Origin: an uncultured Solobacterium sp.
Lineage (GTDB): Bacteria > Bacillota_I > Bacilli_A > Erysipelotrichales > Erysipelotrichaceae
Direction of reading: 5' to 3'
Length of the DNA stretch: 64,000 bases
NCBI GenBank assembly: GCA_938036765.1
Contig: CALHWI010000119.1
Coordinates: 5,964-69,963, forward strand
Positions 47,644-58,165 of the stretch are shown here, in pieces (the stretch's first letter is position 1; the number at the start of each line of letters is the position of its first letter). The position numbers and the translations under genes are program-made. The notes under the pieces are model-generated. The model was not told the origin of the DNA. It did not search any database and was given only the letters and a program-made list of their open reading frames with translations.

Positions 47644-48773
47644 TGATTTATTTTGATAATGCTTCGACAACCTCTGTACGTACAGAGGTTCGTCGTGTTT
47701 ATGGGCAAATGTTAGAAACTTGTTATGGCAACTCAGACAGTTTGCATGCGGCTGGACGTCAGGCAAGTACGCTCATGGAAAAAAGTCGATCAAATATTGC
47801 TTCTATGCTTCATGTAGATCCAAGTGAAATCATCTTTACTTCAGCAGCTAGTGAATCCAATACGCTAGCTATTGTTGGATATGCTTTGGCAAATGAACAT
47901 AGGGGTCATCATGTATTAACAAGTAATGTTGAACATTCGAGTGTTCGTCATGCGATGGAATTTTTAAAGCGTTTTGGCTTTGAAGTTGAATTTCTTCCAA
48001 TTAACGAAGAAGGTATCGTTACACCGGAATGTTTAAAAGCGCATATGCGTAAAGATACGATTTTAGTTTCTGTTATGCATGTGAATAATGAAATGGGTGC
48101 AATCAACCCAATTTCAGAATTAGAAAAAATTGTACACCAAAATCCTACTTGTGTATTTCATGTAGATTGTGTACAGAGCTTCTCAAAAATTGATATTCCT
48201 TTTGGAAAATTAGATATGGCTACAATCTCTGCACATAAGATCCATGGTCTAAAGGGAAGTGCCATTTTAATGAAAAAAAAGAAGATTCAACTTGTTCCAA
48301 TTATTCAAGGTGGTCAACAAGAGCAAGGTCTTCGTGGAGGAACAGAGAATGCACCAGCTAATATTGTTTTGGCAAAAACGATTCGTTTGGCTTTAGAAGA
48401 ACAATCTAGTGCGTATGCTCATGTTTTAAAGATCAATCAATATTTGCGTGAAGAATTGGCGAAAATCGATGGTGCACATATTCATTCTCCTTTGAGTGCG
48501 ATTCCATATATTCTAAATATTTCATTTGATCAAATTACAAGTGAAGTCTTATTGAATGCATTGGATCAAAAGGGAATTTGTGTATCCGCAAAAAGTACTT
48601 GTTCTTCACAAAACACCAATGCTTCTGAAGTCTTATTGGCTATGCATAAGTCGGAATTTGATGCGACACATGGAATTCGCTTATCTTTTTCTTATGAGAA
48701 TACTTTGGAAGAGGCAAAATATTTTATAAAAACATGTAAGGAGATTATAGAGAATTATGGCTTATCGTTATAA
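47643..48773 (+). CDS. Cysteine desulfurase (NifS/IscS-like)
   Basis: PLP-lysine motif SAHKIHGLKG and active Cys region SAKSTCSS. Immediately upstream of thiI as in many Firmicutes. Confidence 0.85.
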   Translation: MIYFDNASTTSVRTEVRRVYGQMLETCYGNSDSLHAAGRQASTLMEKSRSNIASMLHVDPSEIIFTSAASESNTLAIVGYALANEHRGHHVLTSNVEHSSVRHAMEFLKRFGFEVEFLPINEEGIVTPECLKAHMRKDTILVSVMHVNNEMGAINPISELEKIVHQNPTCVFHVDCVQSFSKIDIPFGKLDMATISAHKIHGLKGSAILMKKKKIQLVPIIQGGQQEQGLRGGTENAPANIVLAKTIRLALEEQSSAYAHVLKINQYLREELAKIDGAHIHSPLSAIPYILNISFDQITSEVLLNALDQKGICVSAKSTCSSQNTNASEVLLAMHKSEFDATHGIRLSFSYENTLEEAKYFIKTCKEIIENYGLSL

Positions 48774-49947
48774 TCATATCTTGATTCGTTATGGCGAATT
48801 GAGTTTAAAAGGAAAAAACCGTAACAACTTTATTAAGGCGCTTTATGATAATGTTCGTAAGGCTTTAAAAGCATTCCCAACATTAGAATTTGAAAAACAA
48901 CATGATCGTATGTATATTTACCTTCATGATGAAGATTCAAAACAGGTTAGTGACATTTTAGCAAAAGTCTTTGGGATTTCATCTTTCTCATTGGCTATTA
49001 AAGTGGAACCAGATTTAGATCAAATCATTGATGCTTGTTATGAATCTTTAGATTTAACAACGCCAAAAACATTTAAGGTGGCTGCTCGTCGTAGTGATAA
49101 ATTATTCCCTTATATTTCAGATGAAATCAATCGTAAGGTTGCTACTAAAATTTTAAAGAACAGTGACTGGAAAGTAGATGTGCATAATCCGGATGTTAAA
49201 ATTGTTGTAGAAGTTCATCAAGATGCAGCTTACATTATGACAGATCGTATTCAAGGAGCTGGTGGATATCCAGTCGGTGTTGGTGGAAAGGCCATGGTTT
49301 TATTGAGTGGTGGAATTGATTCTCCAGTTGCCTGCTACTTAATGATGAAGCGTGGTGTACACATTGAATGCATTCACTATGCTTCTCCTCCATATACTTC
49401 ACAAAATGCACAAGAAAAAGTTATGGAACTGGCAAGACTTGTATCTGGCTATCAAGGTGATGTTTTAGTTCATGTTGTTCCATTTACAGATCTTCAATTA
49501 GCTATCTATCAAAATGCAGATGAAAGCTATGCGATCACATTGATGCGTCGTATGATGATGCGTATTGCAACAGGTCTTGCTAAAAAAAGACATGCACAAG
49601 CTATCGCAACAGGTGAATCGATTGGACAGGTTGCTAGTCAAACTCTAGAGAGTATGCTTACAATCAATGATGTCACAAATATGCCAATCATTCGTCCAGT
49701 GGTTTGTATGGATAAAGTTGAAATTATTGATCTATCTAAAAAGATTGGAACTTATGAAACAAGTATTCTTCCTTATGAAGATTGTTGTACAATTTTTACA
49801 CCTAAAAATCCAGTCACAAAACCTCGTGTTGATAAATGCGAAAAATATGAGGCAAAATGGGATTTTGACAAGATGGTACAAGATTGTATAGATAATACAG
49901 AAGATATTTGGGTACATCCAGTTAAGGTTGAAGAGGATTTGTTCTAA
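48757..49947 (+). CDS. thiI: tRNA 4-thiouridine synthase ThiI
   Basis: THUMP N-terminus plus PP-loop LLSGGIDSPVA. Confidence 0.9.
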   Translation: MAYRYNHILIRYGELSLKGKNRNNFIKALYDNVRKALKAFPTLEFEKQHDRMYIYLHDEDSKQVSDILAKVFGISSFSLAIKVEPDLDQIIDACYESLDLTTPKTFKVAARRSDKLFPYISDEINRKVATKILKNSDWKVDVHNPDVKIVVEVHQDAAYIMTDRIQGAGGYPVGVGGKAMVLLSGGIDSPVACYLMMKRGVHIECIHYASPPYTSQNAQEKVMELARLVSGYQGDVLVHVVPFTDLQLAIYQNADESYAITLMRRMMMRIATGLAKKRHAQAIATGESIGQVASQTLESMLTINDVTNMPIIRPVVCMDKVEIIDLSKKIGTYETSILPYEDCCTIFTPKNPVTKPRVDKCEKYEAKWDFDKMVQDCIDNTEDIWVHPVKVEEDLF

Positions 49948-49998
49948 GAGAAGTGAAAATTAAGCACTTCTCTTTTTCTTTTATGTTATAATCTTTTT

Positions 49999-50760
49999 AT
50001 GTTGATATGTCCGGTGTGTAAAGAGAAACTAATAAAAGAAAATAAAACATTTCGATGCGTAAATAATCACTCTTTTGATTGTGCCAAACAAGGCTATGTG
50101 AACTTATCTCGTAAACAGACAAAGAATCATGGAGACAATGCTTTAATGGTCAAAGCGCGTACGGATTTTTTAGAAAAAGATTATTATGATTTTATGCGTC
50201 AATATGTAAAGGAAAAGGCAAAAGGAAATGTTTATTTAGATGCTGGCTGTGGTCAGGGTTACTATACAAAAGAGATAGGTGCAAACTTTGAACATAGCTA
50301 TGGAATCGATTTAAGTAAGGAAGCAATTCTTCATGCTTCTAAACAAGATAAACATACACAATATATTGTGGGGAGTTTATTTGATATGCCTTTTTCAAAT
50401 GCGAGTATTGATTGTGTTACCAGTATTTTTGTGCCGTTAGGACAAAATGAAATTTATCGTATTCTAAAAGAAAATGGATATTGGATCGTTGTGGGTCCGG
50501 GCCCTAAGCATTGTTTTGAATTAAAAGAAGTATTGTATGACACACCCTATGAGAATGAAATGCCTGAAATACAAGAACAATATGAGTTGGTGAGTCAAGA
50601 AATCATTCGAGAAACGAAAATGGTTGATGATGTATGGGCATTATTGGAAATGACACCATATCGATATAAAACGAGTCAAGCTGGTCTTGGGCGTGTAAAA
50701 GAATTAGAAAGGTTTGAGGTTACGTTTGAATTTGTCGTAACTGTGTACAAAAAAATATGA
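49999..50760 (+). CDS. rRNA (guanine-N1)-methyltransferase, RlmA/RrmA-like
   Basis: N-terminal Zn ribbon CPVC...C..NH and SAM motif [10 protein letters not shown]. Confidence 0.6.
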   Translation: MLICPVCKEKLIKENKTFRCVNNHSFDCAKQGYVNLSRKQTKNHGDNALMVKARTDFLEKDYYDFMRQYVKEKAKGNVYLDAGCGQGYYTKEIGANFEHSYGIDLSKEAILHASKQDKHTQYIVGSLFDMPFSNASIDCVTSIFVPLGQNEIYRILKENGYWIVVGPGPKHCFELKEVLYDTPYENEMPEIQEQYELVSQEIIRETKMVDDVWALLEMTPYRYKTSQAGLGRVKELERFEVTFEFVVTVYKKI

Positions 50761-52394
50761 AAACAACAATAAAAAAATGGGGAATCAACGGTGAAGGGAT
50801 TGCGTTCCATGAAGGCAAACCGGTATTTATTGAAAATGCTATTCCTGAAGAAGTCATCGAATTTGATATTAAAAGTGATGAAAATACATACTTGATTGGT
50901 GAAATGACTCGTTTAGTTGAACAAAGTTCAAAGCGTCGTTATCCTTTATGTCCAATTTGGAAAGAGTGTGGTGGATGTGCCTTGATGCATGTGAAGTATC
51001 CGGCTCAATGTAAAATGAAAGAAGGAAATCTAAAGGAGACATTAATTAAGTATGCGGATTATAATGGTCGAATCTTACCGATTCTAAAAAATCCAGAACC
51101 ATTGTCTTATCGTAATAGTTGCAAGCTTCCATTTGGTGAAGAATATGGTGAGTTATATACAGGAATGTATGAGCGTGACACAAATCATTTCCAAAAGATG
51201 GAAAGATGTTATGTACACTCAAAACTTTTAGAACAGACGCGTCAGGCTGTTTTAAAAATCATGAATGAACATCACTTGAAAATGTATGATGATAAAAAGA
51301 AAACGGGCTATCGTACGTTGGTTATGAAAGAATTTGATTCTAAGATTCAAATTATTTTTGTGACAGGAAAAGAAGATTTAAGTGAAGAATTTATTCATGA
51401 TATTGCACAGTTAGAGGGTGTTGTATCTATCTGGCAAAGTGTAAAAACAGAAACGAAGCGTGAAGTGTTTGGCGATATGCGTTTTATTTGGGGAGAAGAA
51501 AAGATGCATCTTCAATTAGAAGATATTCAATTGTCTTTACTTCCTAGATCCTTCTTTCAGTTAAACACGAAACAATCCGTAAATCTTTATAATGTGGTTA
51601 AAGACTGGATGCCAAGATCAAAGACTACGGTTGAAGCCTATAGTGGTATTGGTGCCATCAGTTTATTTGTGAAAGATAAGGCACAAGAAATTATAGGTGT
51701 TGAATCCATTCAAGATGCGGTCGATAATGCTAATGAAAATGCGATGTTGAATCATGCCGATAATGTATCTTTTATTTGTGAAGATGCGGGTAGTGCACTA
51801 GCACATTTAGTAAAAGAAAAAGATGTGGATACATTGATTGTGGACCCTCCTCGTTCTGGTTTGGATGATACAATGAAGGAAACAATTTTAAAATCAAAGA
51901 TCAAAACGATGATCTATGTTTCTTGTAACCCTGCTACTTTGGCAAAAGACTTGGGCGTATTAAAGAAAGAATATCGCATTGTTAAGATTCAGCCAGTCGA
52001 TATGTTTAGTCAAACGCCTCATGTAGAAAGTGTTACACTTCTTGTTCGTAATGATGACTATAGACCAAGACGTCGTTTTGATGATAGAAAAGATGGAGAC
52101 TTCAAGCCAAGACGCCGCTTCGATGATGATAAGCCAAGAAGACGTTTTGATGATAAAAAAGATGGAGACTTCCAACCAAGACGCAGATTCAATGATGATA
52201 AACCAAGACGTCGCTTTGATGATCGAAAAGACGGTGACTTTAAACCTAAACGTAGCTTTGACGATGCCAAGCCAAGACGTCGATTCGATGATCGAAAAGA
52301 TGGTGATTTCAAACCAAGACAAAGATTTGATGATGATAAACCAAGACGTCGATTTGATGATGATCGTAAACCAAATCGTAGATACGGAAAATAA
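50757..52394 (+). CDS. TRAM-domain 23S rRNA (uracil-C5)-methyltransferase (RlmD/RumA-like) with ~110-aa Arg/Asp-rich repeat tail
   Basis: TRAM N-terminus, Fe-S cysteines [10 protein letters not shown], MTase motifs. The C-terminal 110 aa are PRRRFDD(R/K)KDGDFK repeats. Confidence 0.75.
   Translation: MKTTIKKWGINGEGIAFHEGKPVFIENAIPEEVIEFDIKSDENTYLIGEMTRLVEQSSKRRYPLCPIWKECGGCALMHVKYPAQCKMKEGNLKETLIKYADYNGRILPILKNPEPLSYRNSCKLPFGEEYGELYTGMYERDTNHFQKMERCYVHSKLLEQTRQAVLKIMNEHHLKMYDDKKKTGYRTLVMKEFDSKIQIIFVTGKEDLSEEFIHDIAQLEGVVSIWQSVKTETKREVFGDMRFIWGEEKMHLQLEDIQLSLLPRSFFQLNTKQSVNLYNVVKDWMPRSKTTVEAYSGIGAISLFVKDKAQEIIGVESIQDAVDNANENAMLNHADNVSFICEDAGSALAHLVKEKDVDTLIVDPPRSGLDDTMKETILKSKIKTMIYVSCNPATLAKDLGVLKKEYRIVKIQPVDMFSQTPHVESVTLLVRNDDYRPRRRFDDRKDGDFKPRRRFDDDKPRRRFDDKKDGDFQPRRRFNDDKPRRRFDDRKDGDFKPKRSFDDAKPRRRFDDRKDGDFKPRQRFDDDKPRRRFDDDRKPNRRYGK
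52063..52380 (+). repeat. In-frame tandem repeats (about 69-bp unit, about 4.5 copies) encoding [23 protein letters not shown]
   Basis: Periodic DNA. All six frames stay open here, producing spurious overlapping ORFs. Confidence 0.85.
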
Positions 52395-52402
52395 ACATGC
52401 TA

Positions 52403-52432
52403 GGATTTCAGATTGACTGAAATCCTTTTCTT
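52403..52432 (+). terminator. Terminator after the rlmD-like gene
   Basis: GGATTTCAG-ATTGAC-TGAAATCC hairpin followed by TTTTC. Confidence 0.75.
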
Positions 52433-52639
52433 ATTGGATTCTTGTTAAGTATACCTAACTAAAAAAGTTCACAAATTAACTAAATAGATAGCTTTATGTT
52501 AACAAATGCGTTATACTAAAATCGATAGCGCATTCTTTTTATTTTTTTCATAATAATTAATATTAAAAAAATTGGATATTCTTTTAATGTGCCAATTTGT
52601 GAATAAAATAATCTGAATCAATGAGGAGGAGTTTAGAAA

Positions 52640-54562
52640 ATGAATAATTTTCCACATTTATTTGAACCAATTGAAATTGGAAAAACAACTGTAAAAAACC
52701 GTATTTTTATGCCACCTATTTCAACTAACATGGCCGATAAGGGATATGTTACAGATGATTTAGTGGCACACTATTCTGCACGTGCAAAAGGTGGAGTTGG
52801 ACTTATCGTTACTGAAGTTGTAACTGTAGAACCAACTTATGTATATCTTCCAGGAGATATGTCAATTTATGATGATAGTTTTATTCCAGGATGGAAAAAA
52901 TTGGTGGATGGCGTACACCAATATGGAACTAAAATCTTAGCACAATTGTTCCACCCAGCTTATATGGCATTCCCAGTTCCAGGAACACCTCAATTGATTG
53001 CACCAAGCTGTGTAGGACCTTATTATGCAAAAAGTGCACCAAGACCAGCAACCATTGAAGAATTACACACAATTGTTGATCAATTTGGTCAAGCGGCTCA
53101 CCGTGTACAGATTGCCGGTGGTGATGGTGTTGAAATTCAATGTGCTCATGCCCATGGATTATTAGGTGGCTTCTTAACACCTTTATATAATAAACGTACG
53201 GACGAATATGGTGGAAATATTGATGGACGTTTACGCTTATGCTTAGAAGTAATCGCATCTGTTCGTAAATACTGTGGAGATGACTTCATTATTGATGTTC
53301 GTATTAGTGGTGATGAATATAGTGAAGGTGGATTGACATTAAATGATCAGATCTATGTTTGTAAGCAATTAGAAAAAGCCGGTGTTGATTTTATTCACGT
53401 ATCAGGTGGTAACACAATCAAACGTGGATCAAGTATGCCAGCTCCTGGTACAAGTGCTGCACCTCACGCTCATTCAAGTGAAGAAATCAAAAAGCATGTA
53501 AATATCCCAGTCGCTACTGTTGCTCGTATCAACGAACCTTGGATGGCAGAAGAATTAATCGCAAACGGAAAATGTGATATGTGTATGATTGGACGTCCAA
53601 ACTTATGTGATAGTGAATTTGCGAATAAGGCATTTGAAGGTAAAGTAGACGATATTCGTCCATGTATTGGATGTGGACGTTGTTTGACAGGTATCATGAT
53701 GGGTAAACGCATTTCTTGTACAGTAAATCCAAGCGTTGAAGATGATACGATTGAAGAAGCTACAGATAAGAAAAAAGTATTAGTCATTGGTGGTGGTCCT
53801 GCTGGTATGGAAGCGGCATATGTTGCTAAAAAACGTGGACACAAAGTTGTTCTTTGTGAAAAATCAAATGAACTTGGTGGACAATTAAGACTTGCCGCGG
53901 TTCCAATCGCGAAACAAGAATTGTGTAAAGTTATTAAATTCATGATTCGTCGTTTAGATCATGAAGGTATTGATGTTCGCTTAAATACAGAAGTCACAAA
54001 AGAAATGCTTGAAAATGAATTTAAAGATTACGAAATCGTATGTTCAAGTGGAGCTACTCCAAAAGAAATTCCTCCATTTAAAGTATTTAAAAACTGGATG
54101 ACTGCAGACGATGTATTGTCTGGAAAGAAATATCCAGGACGTAATATTGTCGTATTAGGTGGTGGAAGTGTTGGATGTGAAACAGCTGATTATTTAGCAC
54201 CATTAATCAATGACTTATTCCCAATGAATCGTAAGATTACATTATTAGAAATGACAAATAACTTAATGCCTGGTGAAGGTGGAGCTGCAAAATCTAGATT
54301 GACTCAAAGATTGATGCAGAAAGGTGTTCGCATCGAATTGAATGCACAAGTAACAAGTGTGGATGAAAATACAATTACGTATGTAAAAGAGGGTGTTGAA
54401 CACAAGCTTACAGAAGCGGATACTTTAATTTTCGCAGTTGGATATGCACCTAAGAAAGTGGAAGTAGAAAGTGAAAATGTACACTACATTGGTGATTGTG
54501 AAAAAGTAGGAACTTTAAAAGATGCGATCACAAATGCGCATGAAATCGCAAAAAATATCTAG
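52640..54562 (+). CDS. NADH:flavin oxidoreductase, OYE/FMN domain fused to FAD/NAD(P)-binding domain (2,4-dienoyl-CoA reductase/enoate reductase/BaiCD-like)
   Basis: N-terminal OYE TIM barrel (FMPPIST, HAHGLLGGFL), 4Fe-4S cysteines CIGCGRC, two Rossmann motifs VIGGGPAG and VLGGGSVG. 640 aa. Confidence 0.8.
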   Translation: MNNFPHLFEPIEIGKTTVKNRIFMPPISTNMADKGYVTDDLVAHYSARAKGGVGLIVTEVVTVEPTYVYLPGDMSIYDDSFIPGWKKLVDGVHQYGTKILAQLFHPAYMAFPVPGTPQLIAPSCVGPYYAKSAPRPATIEELHTIVDQFGQAAHRVQIAGGDGVEIQCAHAHGLLGGFLTPLYNKRTDEYGGNIDGRLRLCLEVIASVRKYCGDDFIIDVRISGDEYSEGGLTLNDQIYVCKQLEKAGVDFIHVSGGNTIKRGSSMPAPGTSAAPHAHSSEEIKKHVNIPVATVARINEPWMAEELIANGKCDMCMIGRPNLCDSEFANKAFEGKVDDIRPCIGCGRCLTGIMMGKRISCTVNPSVEDDTIEEATDKKKVLVIGGGPAGMEAAYVAKKRGHKVVLCEKSNELGGQLRLAAVPIAKQELCKVIKFMIRRLDHEGIDVRLNTEVTKEMLENEFKDYEIVCSSGATPKEIPPFKVFKNWMTADDVLSGKKYPGRNIVVLGGGSVGCETADYLAPLINDLFPMNRKITLLEMTNNLMPGEGGAAKSRLTQRLMQKGVRIELNAQVTSVDENTITYVKEGVEHKLTEADTLIFAVGYAPKKVEVESENVHYIGDCEKVGTLKDAITNAHEIAKNI

Positions 54563-54570
54563 GAGAAAAT

Positions 54571-56574
54571 ATGACAAGTAAATTATTACAACCAATTCAA
54601 GTTGGTAATTTAACATTTAAAAATAGAATTATGTTTCCCCCTTTGACAACAGGATATGAAGAAAGAGATGGATCGATTGGACCTCGTTCATTAGCTTTCT
54701 ATACAAGACTTGCCAAAGGTGGATGTTCTTATATTGTTATTGGTGATGTGGCTCCTGTTCGTACAGCAAGTCCAACACCAAAACTATATGATGAATCACA
54801 AATTGAAATGTATAAAAAATTGGCAGATGCCTTACATGAACACGATTGTAAAGTCGCTTTACAATTGTTCCATCCAGAATATGATGTTCAAGGCGTAGGA
54901 AAAATGATTATGGAAGCTGGTATTGCTGGTCAATTGGCTGCAAAAGCGAAGGCTGCCAATGATTTAGAAGAGGCTGAAAAACAACAAAAGATCTGTGATG
55001 AATTGACAAAAGGTGCATACGCAAAATTACATCATGATATGCAGCACTTTGTGACTGAAGCAAGTGTTGAACAATTAACAGCTATTAAAAACAGTATTGC
55101 CCAATGTGCTAGAAAAGCACAAAAAGCAGGTATTGATGCGATTGAAATTCATGGTGACCGTTTACTTGGTTCATTATGTTCAACCGTATTAAATCATCGT
55201 ACAGATAACTATGGTGGTAGCTTAGAAAATCGTACTCGTTATGCATTAGAAGTTTTACAAGCGATTAAAGAAGCGGCTCCATCAATGATGGTCGAATATA
55301 AACTTCCAATCATTACTGTCAATCCAGATGGATCTTTACGTGGTAAAGGTGGTTTATTGGAAGATGAAGCGGTTGAATTCGCAAAAATGTTAGATGCAGC
55401 AGGAATTGATATGATTCAAGTGGCTCAAGCTAACCACACAGGAAATATGGGAGATACAATTCCTCCTATGGGGGCGGTTCCATATAACTGGACTTTAGGT
55501 GCTTGTGAAAAAGTCAAGGCTGTTGTACATTGTCCAGTCGCAACAGTGGGTCGTGTAGTCAGTGTGGAAGCTGGTGAAAAGATTCTAGAAGATGGTACAG
55601 CAGATATCATTGGTTATGGAAGAAGTTTATTAACAGATCCAGATATCGCAAATAAAGTAGGCTCAGGTGAATGCATTCGTGAATGTTTGAATTGTAATAA
55701 AGGTTGTGTAGATGCTATCCAATCTCGTCGTTATTTAAGTTGTGTATTAAATGCAGAAAATGGAGATGAAGAAACAATCTTTATTAAACCATGTACAGAA
55801 ACTAAGAATGTTGTCGTAGTTGGTGCAGGTCTTGCGGGTTTAGAAGCCGCTCGTGTAGCTTATAAACGTGGACATACAGTGACGGTATTTGAAAAATCAG
55901 ATCGTTTAGGTGGACAAATCAATATCGCATCAGTTCCACCTAGAAAAGATGAAATTTTACGTTCGGTTCAATACTACGAAAAATTCTTGCCTGGTAAAGT
56001 GGACATTCAATTAAACCACAAACCAACAATGGAAGAATTGAATGGATTTGATCATGTGATCTTGGCCATTGGGGCTCACAATATGGATCTTCCTATGCCT
56101 GTAGAAAATTCAAATGTAGTATCCAGCTGGGATATCTTGAATGGTCAAGAAGTATCTGGTAAATGTGTAGTATTAGGCGGTGGATTAGTTGGTGCTGAAA
56201 CCGCTGAATATTTGGCAAATAAAGGTCTAGAAGTTTCAATCGTTGAAATGATGGATAAAATTGCAGCACAAGAATCTGAAACTGTATTACCTTTGATGGA
56301 AGCTGATTTTGAAAAACACAATGTTCAAAAATTTGTGAATACACGTGTTAGTGAAATTAAAGATAATGTCATCTATGCAGTGAATACAAAAGATGAAACA
56401 AATGTTGAAATTGCTGCAGATACAATTGTAAATGCATTAGGTTCTAAAAAGAATGTATTTGATGATAGTAAGTTAAGTGTTCCATTTACTTATGTAGGTG
56501 ACTGCAGTGGTGAAAGAACAGCAGATATCGCAAGTGCAATTCGTACAGGATATAAGGCTGCCAATGAAATCTAA
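54571..56574 (+). CDS. Second NADH:flavin oxidoreductase paralog of the same fused architecture (BaiH/FadH-like), 667 aa
   Basis: Same domain order, with an about 60-aa insertion in the OYE barrel. VVGAGLAG and VLGGGLVG Rossmann motifs. Confidence 0.8.
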   Translation: MTSKLLQPIQVGNLTFKNRIMFPPLTTGYEERDGSIGPRSLAFYTRLAKGGCSYIVIGDVAPVRTASPTPKLYDESQIEMYKKLADALHEHDCKVALQLFHPEYDVQGVGKMIMEAGIAGQLAAKAKAANDLEEAEKQQKICDELTKGAYAKLHHDMQHFVTEASVEQLTAIKNSIAQCARKAQKAGIDAIEIHGDRLLGSLCSTVLNHRTDNYGGSLENRTRYALEVLQAIKEAAPSMMVEYKLPIITVNPDGSLRGKGGLLEDEAVEFAKMLDAAGIDMIQVAQANHTGNMGDTIPPMGAVPYNWTLGACEKVKAVVHCPVATVGRVVSVEAGEKILEDGTADIIGYGRSLLTDPDIANKVGSGECIRECLNCNKGCVDAIQSRRYLSCVLNAENGDEETIFIKPCTETKNVVVVGAGLAGLEAARVAYKRGHTVTVFEKSDRLGGQINIASVPPRKDEILRSVQYYEKFLPGKVDIQLNHKPTMEELNGFDHVILAIGAHNMDLPMPVENSNVVSSWDILNGQEVSGKCVVLGGGLVGAETAEYLANKGLEVSIVEMMDKIAAQESETVLPLMEADFEKHNVQKFVNTRVSEIKDNVIYAVNTKDETNVEIAADTIVNALGSKKNVFDDSKLSVPFTYVGDCSGERTADIASAIRTGYKAANEI

Positions 56575-56771
56575 GAGGGTGTGAAAACACCTTCTTTTTT
56601 TGCACAAAAAATGACCGTAGTTCATAAATATATAAATAATATATAATATATATCTCAAAACAGTATAAAAATAATGACCATAGTTCATAAATATTACACA
56701 TTTGAAAATTTGTGTATTGAAAAATCATTTTTAAAGAACTAGAATGAAACAATAAAAAGGGAGGAAGAGTT

Positions 56772-58115
56772 ATGAATTTTAGTTCTTTACAGAGTAGTGT
56801 TCAAAAGTTTGGTATGAATCAAGCCTTGAAGTATTTGGAGAAGGATCCAGAAACCAATATTCCTAAATTAATGAATTTAGTAGATAAGGTTATGCCTGAA
56901 GGTTGGTATGGTTCGCAGCGTAAATTGATTCGTGAACAAATCGATGAAAAAGGTGTTTGGTATGACTACATTTTAAAGTTGTATGATTTGGATGCAGGCG
57001 TTCGTCAGGCTGTATTTAAAAACTTTATTTTTAATGCAACACTAAATGGTAGTACAAAACAAGAGGAATTGTCAGAAAAATACAATTGTAATATTCCATG
57101 GGCTGTATTATTAGATCCAACATCTGCATGTAATTTACATTGTACAGGTTGTTGGGCTGCTGAATATGGTCATCAATTAAATTTGTCTTTGGATGATATT
57201 GATTCAATTATTCGTCAAGGAAAAGAATTAGGAACTTACATGTATATTTATACGGGTGGAGAACCTTTAACACGTAAAAAAGATGTTATTAAAATTTGTG
57301 AAATGCACCCAGACTGTGCTTTCTTATCTTTCACAAATGGTACTTTGATTGATGAAGAGTTCTGTCAGGATATGTTGCGTGTGAAAAACTTTGTGCCAGC
57401 CATTAGTTTGGAAGGCTTTGAAACAGCGAATGATTCTAGACGTGGTGAAGGTTGTTACAATTCTGTAAAACGTGCCATGGAATTATTAAAGAAACACAAA
57501 TTGCCTTTTGGAATTAGTACTTGTTATACAAGTGCAAACTATAAAGATATCGCAAGTGATGAATTCTTTGATTTAATGATTGATTCAGGTGCTTTATTCT
57601 GCTGGTTCTTCCACTATATGCCAGTAGGCAATGGGGCTGTTAAAGAATTACTTCCAACGCCAGAACAAAGAGCGTATGTTTATCATCAGATTCGTAAGTT
57701 CAGAAGTGAAAAACCAATTTTCACTATGGATTTCCAAAATGATGCGCAATATGTTGGTGGATGTATTGCCGGAGGAAGAAGATATCTTCATATCAATGCC
57801 AAAGGGGATGTAGAACCATGTGTATTTATTCATTATTCAAACTGTAATATTCATGACACGACATTACTCGATGCACTTAGATCTCCTTTATTCCAGGCTT
57901 ATCATGATAATCAACCATTTAATGAAAATATGTTAAGACCTTGTCCGATGCTTGAAAATGCAGGTCGCATTCAAGAATTGGTGAAACAAAGTAAAGCAGT
58001 TAATACAGATTATGAATCACCAGAAGATGTAGATCACTTATTAGAAAAGACAGTTCCATATGCAAAAAATTGGAAGCCAATGGCTGACAAACTTTGGAAT
58101 GAACAAAAGAAGTAG
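56772..58115 (+). CDS. Radical SAM protein with SPASM/twitch C-terminal domain (anSME-like maturase family)
   Basis: CNLHCTGCW radical-SAM cluster motif. C-terminal Cys-rich CVFIHYSNCN...CP region. 447 aa. Confidence 0.75.
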   Translation: MNFSSLQSSVQKFGMNQALKYLEKDPETNIPKLMNLVDKVMPEGWYGSQRKLIREQIDEKGVWYDYILKLYDLDAGVRQAVFKNFIFNATLNGSTKQEELSEKYNCNIPWAVLLDPTSACNLHCTGCWAAEYGHQLNLSLDDIDSIIRQGKELGTYMYIYTGGEPLTRKKDVIKICEMHPDCAFLSFTNGTLIDEEFCQDMLRVKNFVPAISLEGFETANDSRRGEGCYNSVKRAMELLKKHKLPFGISTCYTSANYKDIASDEFFDLMIDSGALFCWFFHYMPVGNGAVKELLPTPEQRAYVYHQIRKFRSEKPIFTMDFQNDAQYVGGCIAGGRRYLHINAKGDVEPCVFIHYSNCNIHDTTLLDALRSPLFQAYHDNQPFNENMLRPCPMLENAGRIQELVKQSKAVNTDYESPEDVDHLLEKTVPYAKNWKPMADKLWNEQKK

Positions 58116-58165
58116 ACAAATTAAAAAAATGAGTATAAAATTTTCAGCTAAGAAGGAGGGATGTT

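Noticed and set aside
51960-52416. Three overlapping ORFs on both strands over the rlmD-like 3' end (51960..52322, 52030..52416, 52058..52312)
   Set aside because: All arise because the 69-bp tandem repeat keeps every frame open. The in-frame continuation of the methyltransferase with a clean stop and terminator is the real gene.
56575-56605. Hairpin GGGTGTGAAAACACCT followed by T-run directly after the second OYE gene
   Set aside because: Not rejected as real. It is a plausible terminator but only moderately stable, so it is noted here rather than listed as a feature.
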